A stretch of DNA of 62,648 nucleotides, filler included, from Choristocarpus tenellus KU-1152 (taxonomy: Eukaryota > Protista > Phaeophyceae): NCBI GenBank assembly GCA_964200185.2. It is 9 parts of 9 records of this genome, joined end to end, with 100 filler letters (N's around TTAATTAATTAA, not from the genome) between each part and the next. Parts side by side here need not be neighbours in the genome. Positions count along the whole stretch, not along the records: positions 49,574 to 59,132 come from CAXNAD020003578.1; positions 59,233 to 62,648 come from CAXNAD020020182.1; 7 more parts are not named here. One strand, written 5' to 3'. A program made the translations under genes and the position numbers. Each line of letters starts with the position of its first letter. The first letter of the stretch is position 1. The notes below the pieces were generated by a model. It did not search any database, was not told where the DNA came from, and saw only the letters and a program-made list of their open reading frames with translations. Shown piece by piece: positions 50,340 through 62,648 of the stretch.

Positions 50340-53300
50340 TCGACGCCATGTTTTCCAAAATCCTACATATTGCATGAAGGACTACGAGCGAAGCTCCTGG
50401 CGAAGAGACGAAGCTGAGGACCTCAAAAATTGATACCATTTATCTAACTGCAATCAATATAGTGTACCTGGTAAGCGCGGGATTTCTGTCCCAGGAGTAT
50501 AACGCCAACCTACTCGACAAGGACAGAGCGGTACGTATGGTGAAAGATCTGGCGAAGGATCCTCAATTCACAGCGGACAAGATCTCCTCCATCCTAACTT
50601 CGCAGCCTTTCGCCTTGTGCTCCCGCTGGAAGACCGCCGACGAGATGAAGGAGTACATGAAAGACCACGGGTTTTCGGCGGAACTACCTATCAACCCTCT
50701 TGTCAGGAGCTACATCGCGGCTGGATTCGTGGAGAAGGACAAGACGGGGACGAACAGGAGCCGGAAGGACAGGGACAACATGTTTTTCTTCCTGAATGGG
50801 CAGTATCGGGTAATGCTGCTCAGAATATTAAACAACGTACACCAGGAGGACATCGTGCCGATCCATATAGAGTTTCCCCCGTTCGTCGACAAAGATTGGG
50901 CCAAGGATGTAATCGCCCATCTGGAACGCCACGGCAATAACCTTCAGTGGCACCTATATCCACGATGTCATAGGGAGAAGGCGGAGTCCATTTCGATTGG
51001 GGAAAACGTGACCTCCAGCAGGTCTCATGTCCCCAACGTTGTGGACATATTCCCAAGAATGGTGTCATGGTTGCGGTCCATGAAGGACTTTCGAAGAGAA
51101 TTCGGAAGTGTCCAGCCCCTCCCATCCACCCTGCCAGCTTTAAAAGACGTCAGCGAGAAGAGGAGACGCAGGGCGCTGGTCAGACTGTGCAACCAGTACT
51201 CGCTTGGCAAGATAGATTTCACACAAAGCGATGCCGCCTTCAATGTTGTGGCCAAGAAAGCTGTAGCTGCGAAGGTTACGGCATTCCTCAAGGAGGAATG
51301 GGTGGATACGAACCTGGAGAGTGGCCTCAATAGTGCCAGCTATGGCACAGCCAACCAATTTTACAACGCGATCGTGTCTCTGGCCCAGATATGTGCAGAT
51401 GAAGGTAAAGCTACGACAATTAATTAATGATTTTGGGATTTGTATTATGCTCGACACAAACAACCTCTGACTTGTAATCTAACAGTACGAATCCCTCATT
51501 CGCCGACCTCATCGCTCTGCTATCAGGAACTGAAGAATTCGAGAACGTTCTGTGCAGTGTGTGGAAGGACCACGAGAGGAGGGACACCAAGGATGTAAGC
51601 ACGGTACATTTCAAAGCATGTCCTCAGTAACAACGTTCGAGTATGCCATGTGAAAACGGGCCGTCGATGAAATTCGGACGCACAGCCAATGAACCCACCA
51701 TCGCACATGCCGAATGAAAAAACTCCTCACGCATAGATCGCAACCCGAAATTCTTTTGACCGTATTTGCCATTCACCCAACTGCGGCGAGCCAAGTGAGT
51801 TTTGCTTTCAGAAGATGGAAGACAAACCTTGATGGGTCGTATATTTGTTTAGTATGCGGATTTCGTACCTCGATACAAATACTTAGGCAGGCACGATGTG
51901 ACTCTATGATATGATGAACTCTATTCGCACCCTCAGATGATATAACATATCTGTCCTTGCCCCCTCCTCGACAATGTTGCGTAAATCGACACACAGGGTA
52001 AGTTCGACTTCAGGGCGGTACACACCTTCACTGTGCTGTGGGACGCCAACCGTGAAGCCGCCTTGGACTCCCTCAAAAACAGCGGTGGATTCAGCCACGG
52101 CTATCGGCAACGGGTAGGCGGGACGAGTGTGTTGGTCTATCATCAGGCACAAAAGTGGTTGTCATTTTGTGTGTCGAATCTCGGTAGGAACGACCGTATC
52201 CGATGATTTTTAGATCCATCTTTGCTAAGTACCACCAGGTTGTAATGCTTTCCTACAGATGGACTGTCATTTTGGGGGGGGAAACACCATTTGCCGGAAA
52301 AATTAAAATCCTCCTTACAAATTGCCAACGTTTACATGGATGAGGTAGGGCAACAAATGTTGTAGCTGATGCATATTTTCGGCACACGAAATTGATCCTA
52401 TGCGGGCATGCATTGCATTTTCTCGATTGGTTCCGTTTATGTTTCTTCGACAGACCTAATGTAGAGCAAGGTTTGTATGCGAAGCACGACCGGTCCCGAT
52501 GATTACAAAGATAAGACAAGGTAATTATACCACAAGGTATCATCGATTCTGACACGAGGAAATGGAAACGGCGTGGTCGACAACTAAGCATATCTGTTGT
52601 GGACCTATCTCCTTGCGAGTAGTAGAGATTCGCGCGTTTCACGGATGTAGTCTATTCCATTCATGGTGCACATGAAAATGTTTATGACGAAGTATCCGTG
52701 TTGTTCTCACAATAGGTGGCGACTGTCCCTGCGCTGAAAAATTTCGTTTTCCGTACCTCGCACCACATCGTTTCCGCCGTCCGCAAAGACAATATCCTCG
52801 TCCCTCCTTGTGCGTAGCTCCAAAAGCAAACGAGAATGCAATACTTTGCACGCATGTGCACAGATGTCTTGGCTGCTCGAGGCCCTACCCTACTTGGAGA
52901 GGACTCTCCACGGGGCCACAAGTGGAACGATATCGTGGAGGCAGCTGCTGGTGTGTTCGCGGAGAAGGCCGCAGAAAGGTTGCCAACTGAGTTGGTATCC
53001 CTGTCCTACATGGTTAGGAAAGAAAGCTTTCCGGAAGAATGGGTAAGCCCCGGATCCGCGAGGATTCGTCAACCATCCTCTGTACAGATAGATATAGCGG
53101 TACAGATCACAGCGATTCTCTGGTGTATGATCCGAAGTACCTACACAACGACCAATACGCTCACAACATACTATACATAGAGAGGGAGAGAGTATTATTA
53201 TCGAAATGTTCAATTTGCTTCTCTATGTCAGATACCTTCAAAGCGCATGTTGTCACAAGAAATAAACAACAGAATGAATTTGTAGCGTCCTCTCGTGGTG

Positions 53301-55903
53301 TCATTTTTTCAACGCAGCGTTCCTTGTACTCCCTAAGTATACCGACAGTGAAGAAGGAGTGTGCATTCGTGTCTCCTGCTCTTATCGCACTTTCACCACG
53401 TTGATATTGCATTCCACACTCCGCAATAGGCCCTAATTATATACCAAAGTACTTGCACAAGGACTAAAACGCTCACAACATACTACTTCTGTCCTTGTCC
53501 ACTCCATATGCAATTCACCTTTTGCAGTTCTCTACAGCACTAAGGGGTGTCCGTGCCAAGAAAGAGCACACAACGAAGACAAAGAAACCTTCCTTCAAAG
53601 GGAAGAACAAGAGCGAGGAGGAAAGTGTGAAGGAGACCAGCCCCAGCCCCTCCAGAGGTGAAACTGACGAACTCCCCCTCACCTCAGAAAAACAGAGGGG
53701 ATTGCATTCACGAAGAGAATGCACATGAAGGAGGTTTTCATTGAGCAGGCTATTCTTGAGGTCGCGGTGATGAAGATGAAGGGACTGAAGTTGCAACATG
53801 AGCACGAAATGGGCGCCAACAAGGCAGGGAATTCCAACACCACATCAACAGTAGAGCCTGCAGAAGAACCTTACATCCTAGCAGAGGAGGTAATTTGTAC
53901 CATGTTGACGGTTTACCCTCTCAACTTCCTTGCGTGAATGCATCCTTTGGCTAATCGAGATGCAGGAAATATCCGCACTCGGTAGGACCATATTCAGACT
54001 CTTGCACTGACTTCAATATCGTCTGTATGAAAACGAACCCATTTTTACTTGAAAAGTACGCCCTGCCCCTGTGTTTCAAAGGTGGGAAGGAGATTGCTGC
54101 TGAGGAATGTGGAAAAGGATGACGTCTTCCTCAAGATTGTGGAAGGCTCGAACGGTGTTGCCCTACCCAAAGGAGTAGGAGGTGAAGTCAAGCAAGTCTA
54201 AATAAACGTTTCATGACATGATGATAAAGGGACCAGCAATAGAGGAGCAATGAGTTTTTGGTTCTTTGGTAATGAAGAAGAACAGACCTGAAATCCATTT
54301 TAGTCAAGAATGCCGTAGTGTATTGACACGCAACCCCGTCTCCCACATGAAACGGTAAATAAAATGAAGAGGTCAATTGCCTAGGATAATCCGTACCACG
54401 CATGACAATGCTACGATGGCGATTTTGACACTCGCAATGGTTTATGGTATACAACAAAAAAAATTACTTCGTTTAGGGCTTGTACTGACACATGGACAGT
54501 TCTCGTTTGTTTCCCCCCGCACACATCTCAAAAATGTCAAAGATCACAATAACAATATAGCGGAGGGGAAGAACACAAGTCGTAGAGACACTGGCCTCAC
54601 TTGTGCGTGTTACTCATTTCCGCTCATAAATCCCTAATGAGTTCGCCTTAAAGACAATTGCACGTGTTTCAAAATTAATTTATCATTCTTCGAGTTGCCC
54701 TAACACATATCAGGACACACACGAGATACGTCACCACCTCTGCTCCTGACATCCGTTCCCCACACCACTCCAGATTCGAGGCGTGCCACCTGAGTTGTCA
54801 TTGCGCCAGGCAACACTACTTGTGGAGTCCATGACATGGACGATGTATGGGCGAAGCTGAAGGGTTTGTTCAATGCTTGCTTGTCGTCCCTGCTTCTGCG
54901 CCCGCGGGGGGTGGTCCACGCATTTGCCATGCTGCAGGGGAATCGTGACCCCGACAAGGAGAAAGGCTTCGCACATGATCTCGTCAAATTATGTCACAAG
55001 TGGTGGCCAGAAGAAAACTGTGCGGAAGAAGAGGAGGGGAAACTTAGCGGCACTCTCGACTCGCCCGAGGGTGTCCAGGTCTCCCGTATTTGAGTGCGTG
55101 CTGAGAGTGACTCCGAAGAGGACGACATCGGATCCGTTCTGAAAAGGTGGAATGCCGTGGACTCCGACATCGAAGGTCCGACGTTGCCACCCACAGGATC
55201 TTGGACGACTCGGACACAGAGCGTGGAATCAATCCAGGATGATGAGAGCAACGACGGATCTGCAGCAAGTGGAGAGGTTGGTCGTGAACAGGTCGATTCG
55301 TACTGTCGATCTCCTCCCGCTAAGAGGAGGAAGTCTTGCAAAGATGTGGTTGTTCAGGATTCAGGACCCACACAGCGTTCCGGTTCCGAAAAACGCATCC
55401 CCACCCGCAAGGGGAAGCGTATGCCCGGGACTCCGCCGGCAACCTTGCTGGAGAATATCTTTTCTACGGTGCATGGCGGTGGGGAGACACTATCACAGGA
55501 CACACCATCTGGCGTGAAGGGGAGTGATGTGGACTTGGTGGACAGCGAAAATGAACTGTCCATGTCGAATGATGGTATGTTCAACATTGGAATGACCGAT
55601 CGATTCCTTGAGGCTTGCGCGGAAGAACTCCTTCGCTTGGCAAGCATATCCTCATCGACATATTATCATGTGCAAACCTGTGTCCTTCAACAGGTTTTCC
55701 GTGACTATGGCTTCAGATCGGTGCGGGCTGGCAAATATTTAAATCTTCTTGTCCTTGACGATCACTGCTACATGCACAAGGGAATCCTGGGTGGCTTGTG
55801 CCATGGTGTGGGCAATACCAAGAGGACGCTGTGTGTGAAGGACATAGAAGCACTCGCCGCGAGAATGGCTGTGTTCCTCGATCGTGTCGAGGCAGAAGTG
55901 TGA
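50340..55903 (+). pseudogene. Degenerate multi-exon gene with an N-terminal ParB/Srx (DGQHR)-like segment. Pieces at 50462-51404, 51486-51594, 52827-53042, 53528-53889, 54774-55903
   Basis: The 321-aa ORF contains FFFLNGQYRVMLLR. Further exon-like pieces have AG/GT borders. There is an in-frame TGA at 55091-55093 between two same-frame ORFs and a frameshift near 53720. Confidence 0.55.
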
Positions 55904-55924
55904 AATGACAAATACTCCTCCCCC

Positions 55925-56970
55925 CTAGACCTCTGGCATGTGTTGACAGAGGTTTTCCCTAAGCTTAAAGATTGGTGGCAGGAAGGGAGGTGCGACTTCA
56001 CACATGCTCACCAGCTCAAGTAGATTCTTTTTGGTTTCAGGTCGAACTTGAAGTAAGAGTGTATTTTTCGGGGACTTTATTCTTTCTGTTCCTCGCGCAA
56101 TGTGTCGAACAACCAGGTTTGTATGGTCTAGACCAAAATTTGTATTTGTAGACTCTGTCCTTGTACCTGTACGGCGTCTGACTTTGCATGGCCTCGGGCA
56201 AATTTTTATAACTGGCAGGGTAACCCTAATTCCAGACAAATTAAATGAAACGCGCTCGCTGCTGTGAACCACTCCACTTGGTGAGGTCCAATGTTTCCTT
56301 CTCTTACCAAAGAACCAGCTTTGGAATAATATTTGGGTTCTCATATTGTTTGGGTATTTGCCACGTCTTTTACAACAGCACACACCTACTCACAAGTACA
56401 AGTATAGTATCCCGTGGGATATCACCTCTTCAGCCCGTAAGCAGTTCTTCTTCTGATGCGAAGCGAGGTCGATAACCTTTAACACCAATCAATGCCTAAC
56501 ACAGCATATGGTCCTCATCGAATTCTTAAGGTGGACGTCAGAATCCTTGTCGTGTTATCCCTTCACTGTTAACCAGGTGCTTTGGTGATCACCGGAACCT
56601 ATGGTTTATGGATACTATACCCGGATATCTCCATCAAACATACCTTCGAAACCTGGCGTTAACTGTACGCGAGAGGGTACATTTCGGTCTTAGTTTCCAT
56701 GATCGAACACTGTTCCGAATGTTTAATACCAACATTTCTCATAAAACATTTAAACTTTGATGAAGCTTGTATCGCTGTGCGTCGTAGGTCTGGAACACAT
56801 ATCCTTTGCGAAAAACTCTGACATCCTTATATGCCAGCAAGTGTTATGTACATCAAAGATTAGGCGTGCGTCTGTCAACAGGCTGTTTGCCTAATGGTGT
56901 GTCGCAATCTTTACACAATGGGTTTCACCGTAGTGTCATCGGTCAAGGAATTGGTCGCATTGTGCCTAAC
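55925..56970 (-). mobile_element. Degenerate Merlin/IS1595-like DDE transposase remnant
   Basis: Motif order on the minus strand across stops and frameshifts: QCDQFL..PLCKDC..C..RKGYVF (Zn-ribbon-like), SWFFGKRRK (cf. DES.FGKRKY), RGT..TLLLQVRPETKKNLLELV (cf. ERGT..FLV.V.DR...TL..II). The C-terminal VNH/IE..W motifs are not found. Confidence 0.45.
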
Positions 56971-59326
56971 CCAAAGTAACTAATGATTTAATGACACCAA
57001 AAGAAGATGACTACCTATTTCCCATCATTCCCAAGCCCACAGAGATTTGCATACAAGCAGGCACATATGATGCATTGTTCATTCTACCCTTGTCACCAAA
57101 TCGACCTACATCCGTGACATGACCCACCCCTAACCCACATGGACAGTCGTCAACCCAACCCGCTAAGCACAACACTACTCTCATGTGGACATACTCCAAA
57201 AAATCAACACATAGCCCCTCAACAAACCTTTTCCTAACCCTTTCCACCTCCAGCATATCACTCGCTAACCCAAACAAAACCTCTCAATGAATACCAGACT
57301 ACCGACCAACACCTATGTGAAGAACTTGTTGATGCCATACCCGACCATATTTTAATCGATAACACAATTTGGTCGCTCGAATTTAAAAGTTCAATTAAGG
57401 AATTACAACAATATTCATCACCGTACACCAACAAATAAAACTACTCGATTAACTCAAAGTAATTCGACTAATTCCAAATCCTAGTAGTGATGCCTCTTCA
57501 CCATGGATGTAGACAATTGTTCACCTCACGAACCACAAACCACTAGTTAACCCCTATGAATGACATTTTTTCAATACCTTCAAAAAACACGCGAAAATGG
57601 GCACTTTCACCATATACCTAAACCACTCCCCAACCATTCCTTTCATTAATTCAAGTCCAAATTCAAAAATTATCCAAGCAGCGACAGTCTATTTTGTTGG
57701 ACTTAAGCTTTATACCACGACTATTAATTAAGGGTTACACACACACACACACACACATCTACGAAACACACCTTCAACCCCCCGCATATAAGCAACTTAA
57801 CCAAAAATTGCGATATGGTAAAATGAACCCCAAATGGACACCCCCCCCCTCCCAGATACTCTGGCCCATTCAATCTCCACAAAAACATAAAACGAGACAC
57901 AAGTTCCCATAAGTAATTGAACTCAGTTACAAACACCCCGTCCCTTTTTTCTTCGGTCTGTTTGTTGACCGAAGAAACATTTCAAGCCTTCACAAAAACA
58001 GCTTATCCTTCAAGTCGCATAAAACCTTCGTATGATACAATTTGTAGTCTTGTCGGCATCACAGAAACGTTGCGATGTTGTCTCCCTATATGCACGTCGA
58101 ACTCTCATCCACGCACTCCTAGTTCAAATATTAATCTCAAACTCTATGTTGGAAAGAAACTGGCAGAGAGTTGGAACTGAAGCCTCTATGTTACCAATGG
58201 GCAATTATGCATGCCACCACAGCATGATCTAAGGTGATGGATATTTACTATCCAGATAATGATTATTGCCTGTGGTAAGCATGAAACAGGTAGTCCCTGC
58301 ATGGAACATAGGATAGCAGAAGTTGGAACCATGAAGTGACTGACATCAGAAGAGATAGCAATTTATGTAAGATGTTTTGATATATTTTTTTATTGTCATT
58401 TTGTGCTTTTGAATATATATCTTTCTGTGTACATCAGGTACCTGACCCCCTTTATTCCATGGATTTCCCCCCCCCCTTTTATTTTATATTGTTCATTTTA
58501 TTTTTGGATTTTATTTTTTTTCATTTTTTATCTACCCCTTGCTTAACCTTTTTTTTCTCTCCTCTTTATCCGAACAGATACCTGATCCCTTTAATTCCTT
58601 GTTTTGTTCTATCTTTCTTCATTTGTTTTTCTCTTTTTTTTATCGCTGATGTTGATGTTATTGCCTGTTTTACGAACTAGCAGCCGTCAGTATGCTTCGT
58701 GCTTGGGGGGCAAGAGACAGGCAACAATGAGATGATACTTGGGACCTCAGGGTAGCTGTACTTTAGGAAGAGAAAATGTATACTATGATTAGGTTAGTTG
58801 CAGACAGATTTCTCCAAGTTGATAAGGATGTATGTTTTGGGCCTAGTAGGAGTTAAGTATTTTTTCTTCTTCTTTCTTTGTCCTTGCCACAGGATGATTT
58901 GAGGTGATGGAAGATATCTATTACCTTCACCAGTGACAATCGCCTGTGGTAAGCGTGAAACATGTACTACTAGTTCACACTGGGGAGCATGTTACAGGCG
59001 AATAGCGCGAGCATTTCTTCTTGAGTTCCAACGAAGTGTGAGCATTTGGGTCAAAGTATCTTGGGGGGGGGGGTGGTTTGTGAGGGGGCGTCCGTGTCGG
59101 TCAAACAACGTTTTTTTTGGTGCCATCTCAAANNNNNNNNNNNNNNNNNNNNNNNNNNNNNNNNNNNNNNNNNNNNTTAATTAATTAANNNNNNNNNNNN
59201 NNNNNNNNNNNNNNNNNNNNNNNNNNNNNNNNTTGCTGGGGGTTGTGTGTTGTGGTGGTTGGTGTGGTGGGGGGGGGGGGAGGGGGGGGGGGGGGGGGGG
59301 GTTGGGGGGCACACACACGGTTGCAG

Positions 59327-61986
59327 GATATGTTGGTGCTGGTGATATCGTGGAGAATGAAGGCGGAGGAGATGTGTGTCTACACAAGGGAGGAGTGGCA
59401 TCAGGGCATGCTTGCCTTGGGGGTAAACTCAACGCAGCAACTCAGGGGCAAAGTGAGATTATATGCTGTTGGGTTAGCAGAGAGGTTAGACAGTCCAGTG
59501 TTCTTCTTCGAAGGTGGTTTCAGGGTTGTTGGTGGCGTTGGAAACAAATGGCCAATCTGGTCCGCTTCTAGTCTCATGTCGTCTTTTCTTCTTTTCTTCT
59601 TTTCTTGGTGTGAATTTTCGGGATTGTTGTGCAGTAGTTTTTCTTCGTCACTAGCTCAGTAGATAAGTAGGTCCATAGACTTATCCTTGGCAGCACTCTT
59701 TTTTTTTTTCAGGGGTGGAAGGGTCAGAATTAGGCGTCTCCGATCCTCTTCGAGCCACCTCTGAAGCCATGAAGTTGTGTTCTCTTTTGGACGCGCAAAG
59801 GTACAGTAGTGAATGATTTAGGGTACATTGTTTTGGAATCAGACACACTCTGTACAACGGTTGCTTGAGAACCACCTTGGCAGACCAAGTCGCATTGTGT
59901 GTAATTGTCCCTACCCACCCCAACCAGGGAAGCAAATATATAGACATGATAGTGTTAGCGGAACATTATCGCTGCTGTGAATATATATATATATATGTGT
60001 GTGTATGTGTGTGTGTGTGTGTAGGGTCAGGGATACGTGTGCGTAACGCCATACAAGTCCACCTATATGTTGTTTGGGGCGAATCTCTGATTCAACTGTA
60101 TTTACTTCTCTGATCGCCTTCCACCACCTGCGTCGCCACTTCCTTTCCAGAGGACTCTGCTTGCTCTGTGTTGTATGACAGCTTTGAGCGTTCTTCTTAA
60201 CTGCCCGTATTGTTTTTTTTATTTCCGTAGCCCCGATTGTTGCACAGCCCCGATTGTAGTCTTGTCATAGCTGAGCCATGGGTAAGACATCTGGTCTAGG
60301 CCTTCTGTACCTCTCAGTAGGGATTGCCATAGCATACATTGCTACAAAGGAAGCTCGTAACTGTTATTGCTTGCCTTGTGTACGTACCTCTGTACTTCCA
60401 CGTAGACATCCCAGTGATCCAACCAATATGTCAGGACTGGTATTGATACTGACGTTTTTATTCCTGGGTGGAATGGGGGGGGAGGGGAGGCAGCAGTTTG
60501 GTTTTGTTAGTACCTCCTGCTGTGGCAGTTTGGGTTTGGTTAGTTCTATTGCTTGGTGAAAAAGTATTGTGTGCTTCACATTCACCTGCGCTACTACTGT
60601 GAGAAGGTGTGAGACAGGCGGTGTGGGTGATGAGTCAGTTACATTTTCCCAGACATGTTGAAGTAAGGTTAAAGGGTTAGGGTTAGGGTTAGCGTTTGAT
60701 CCTCAAGAGCTGTACCGCACTAATATATATATATATATACACTTACGTATATAAAAACATGACTAACTATGCTTTTGAGTCGACCGCCCCTCCTCCAAAA
60801 AATGGACTCGTGTGATTTATTTATTTATTTTTAAACCAACTTTTTGGCCCCCCCACCAAAATTCCGAATCGAACCCCCTCGATCAAGCTGGGGGCACTTA
60901 GGGAGCTGGTGGAAGATAGGAGGTCGGAGACTTTCCGAGAATTTTATGCCTACTGCTTTGACTATGCAAAGTGAGTGAGTAGTCTCCTTGGGCGCATGCG
61001 AGCGCGTGTGTGTATTCCTAGCTCCTTGGATGGCGTGTTTCTGTTTGCGTTGACTGTGCATCGTGTATTGTGCACTGTGGTTGCGTGGGAAAACGTACCG
61101 GGCAATAGATGGTGCAAACCCCGCCGCTGCTAACCTTTTTTTTTTTCAGATTCCACTGCAACCCCCCTTTCAATGCAGTTGCTTTCGGCGGTAAAAGCCG
61201 GCCTTTTTTTAAAATTGCAATTTTTCAATGGAGCGGGTCCGGGGTTCGATACCATTGCATTTTTTTTTTGTTATTTATTGTTTTGCTTGAGCTCTTTCTT
61301 TTTTTATTTTTTTTTTTGGTGTTTTTGAATCGCAGAACCGTTGTTGCTGTTGTAATTTCGTGGGCAGTAATGAATCCCTCCAGTGGCAGGCAAATCCAAT
61401 GCGGTGAAGGGCTAATGAGAGGGAGAAAGATATTTTTTTAATTTCCTGCTGAAGGTGGAAGAGAAAATTAAAAAATGTGTGTGTTTATGTGTGTGTGTGT
61501 GTGTTGTTGCGTATTTGTCCAATTCAGTAGAATGCACTTCTCTCTTCTCTTTTTTTTTTCTCCTTTTTTTATTGGAGGGCGTTTTTTGTATTTTATGTAA
61601 CTGTGTGCTAGGTAGCCCCTTCGAATATATATATATATATTCATTAGAGAGCCGTTTCATGATTGAAGGGGAAAGGAAAAAAAGAAAAAATCGTGTTTGT
61701 ACCAGTGGAACAACAGTAAGGGATACGAATGGTTTGTTTCGTCGGTCCAGTGTTGTCGGTTCACCTCGTAACGCACATCCCCTTTCCCTTCAATCTTTTT
61801 TTTTTTTTGTAATCTCGATCTCATTCTTATTATCGCTGTGGATTACTTTGCCGATGGTCTCGCCATGACTTGTGTTTGTAGTATATCGTTTGTAATGATC
61901 CTAGCAGCGAACTATTTTCTTTTCTTTAAGTTGTCTTATTAGAAGGGAGAAACAAAAAAAATAAGTTCGACATCGCTCACTCACTC

Positions 61987-62040
<54 letters not shown>

Positions 62041-62289
62041 CATCGAATACATTTACCTTTGCTCTTGTACAGGGAAGCTTCTAAAAAGTCGATTGAGTTG
62101 GACTTGTGCCTCTCCTTGTGGGATGTCCTCCTGGACAGCCAAGACTTCCCCCTCCTGGAGGACTTTCCAAAGTTCTTACGCAGCAGGAATGTCCCCGTCA
62201 TCAGCAAGGACATGTGGATGCAGATTCTTGCATTCTTCTGTCATGCAGAACCAGATCTGTCTAATTTTGACTGCAATGGTGGGTGGACA
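59327..62289 (+). CDS. DCN1: DCN1-like (DCUN1D) cullin-neddylation protein, internal exons 59327-59452, 60888-60970, 62073-62289
   Basis: The exons splice in phase (0, then 2) to DMLVLVISWRMKAEEMCVYTREEWHQGMLALGVNS..|LGALRELVED..FREFYAYCFDYAK|EASKKSIELDLCLSLWDVLL..ISKDMWMQILAF..DLSNFDCNGGW. These are the hallmark motifs of the cullin-binding (PONY) domain. Confidence 0.93.
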
Positions 62290-62648
62290 GTCAGAGCAGT
62301 CATATGTATGTGTATTAATATATGTATGTGTGTGTGTGTGTGCTTTGTTTGTCTGAGAGATTGAACCTGGAACGTCAGGAGGTGTTTGCCTCCTGATGGC
62401 CTTTTGTCATCACCCCTGCCCTTGACTTCCCCTGTACATAATTTTATGTGATTATGATCAGAAACTCCAAACTGGACTGTTGGAGCTCCACAGATACCTT
62501 CTGGGCACACAACTGTTGTTTCTGTCGCATCCTCCCCCCCCCCCCCCCTCCCCCTTTTTAACTTCTACGCAGTCCCTACTACAACATGCGTTTGTTAACT
62601 TCAAGTTTTTTTGTAAGTTGTGTTTTTTTTTGGTTTTGGTCAAAGTAT

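Noticed and set aside
55091-55093. In-frame TGA between two same-frame ORFs as selenocysteine readthrough, given SepSecS in the window
   Set aside because: The context is low-complexity and non-redox, the same gene has frameshifts, and SepSecS is on another contig. A nonsense mutation is simpler.
38430-59132. Functional cluster of the coiled-coil gene, SepSecS and the ParB-like gene
   Set aside because: The spacer at 49474-49573 separates the ParB-like contig. The other two are ordinary convergent neighbours.

Overview
Eukaryotic DNA from a draft assembly. It is intron-rich and repeat-dense, and most likely comes from a brown alga or a close stramenopile relative (inference from TTAGGG arrays, GT-AG multi-exon genes and the TE types). 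The window is not one locus. Eight identical 100-bp spacers (N44-TTAATTAATTAA-N44) join nine separate contigs, so adjacency across them means nothing. I could splice four genes by hand: the last two exons of SepSecS (minus strand, 47915-48984); three exons of a DCN1-like neddylation E3 (59327-62289); a 5-exon Ala/Glu-rich coiled-coil protein of at least ~1950 aa (38430-46016); and a modular Pro/Thr-linker protein built from duplicated phase-1 exon domains (13881-16261). The rest is mostly decayed mobile DNA: a Copia gag/protease remnant, an LTR, several MITE families (one with Sola2-type GAG..CTC ends and a 4-bp TSD), remnants resembling Sola, Merlin, Harbinger/ISL2EU and Tc1 transposases, and 5'-truncated retroposon tails. 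The most interesting leads are a degenerate Fanzor (TnpB-like RNA-guided nuclease) remnant, a spliced ParB/DGQHR-like gene lying tail-to-tail with a Merlin-like transposase, and the exon-module repeat protein. All motif calls are by eye and need HMM confirmation.
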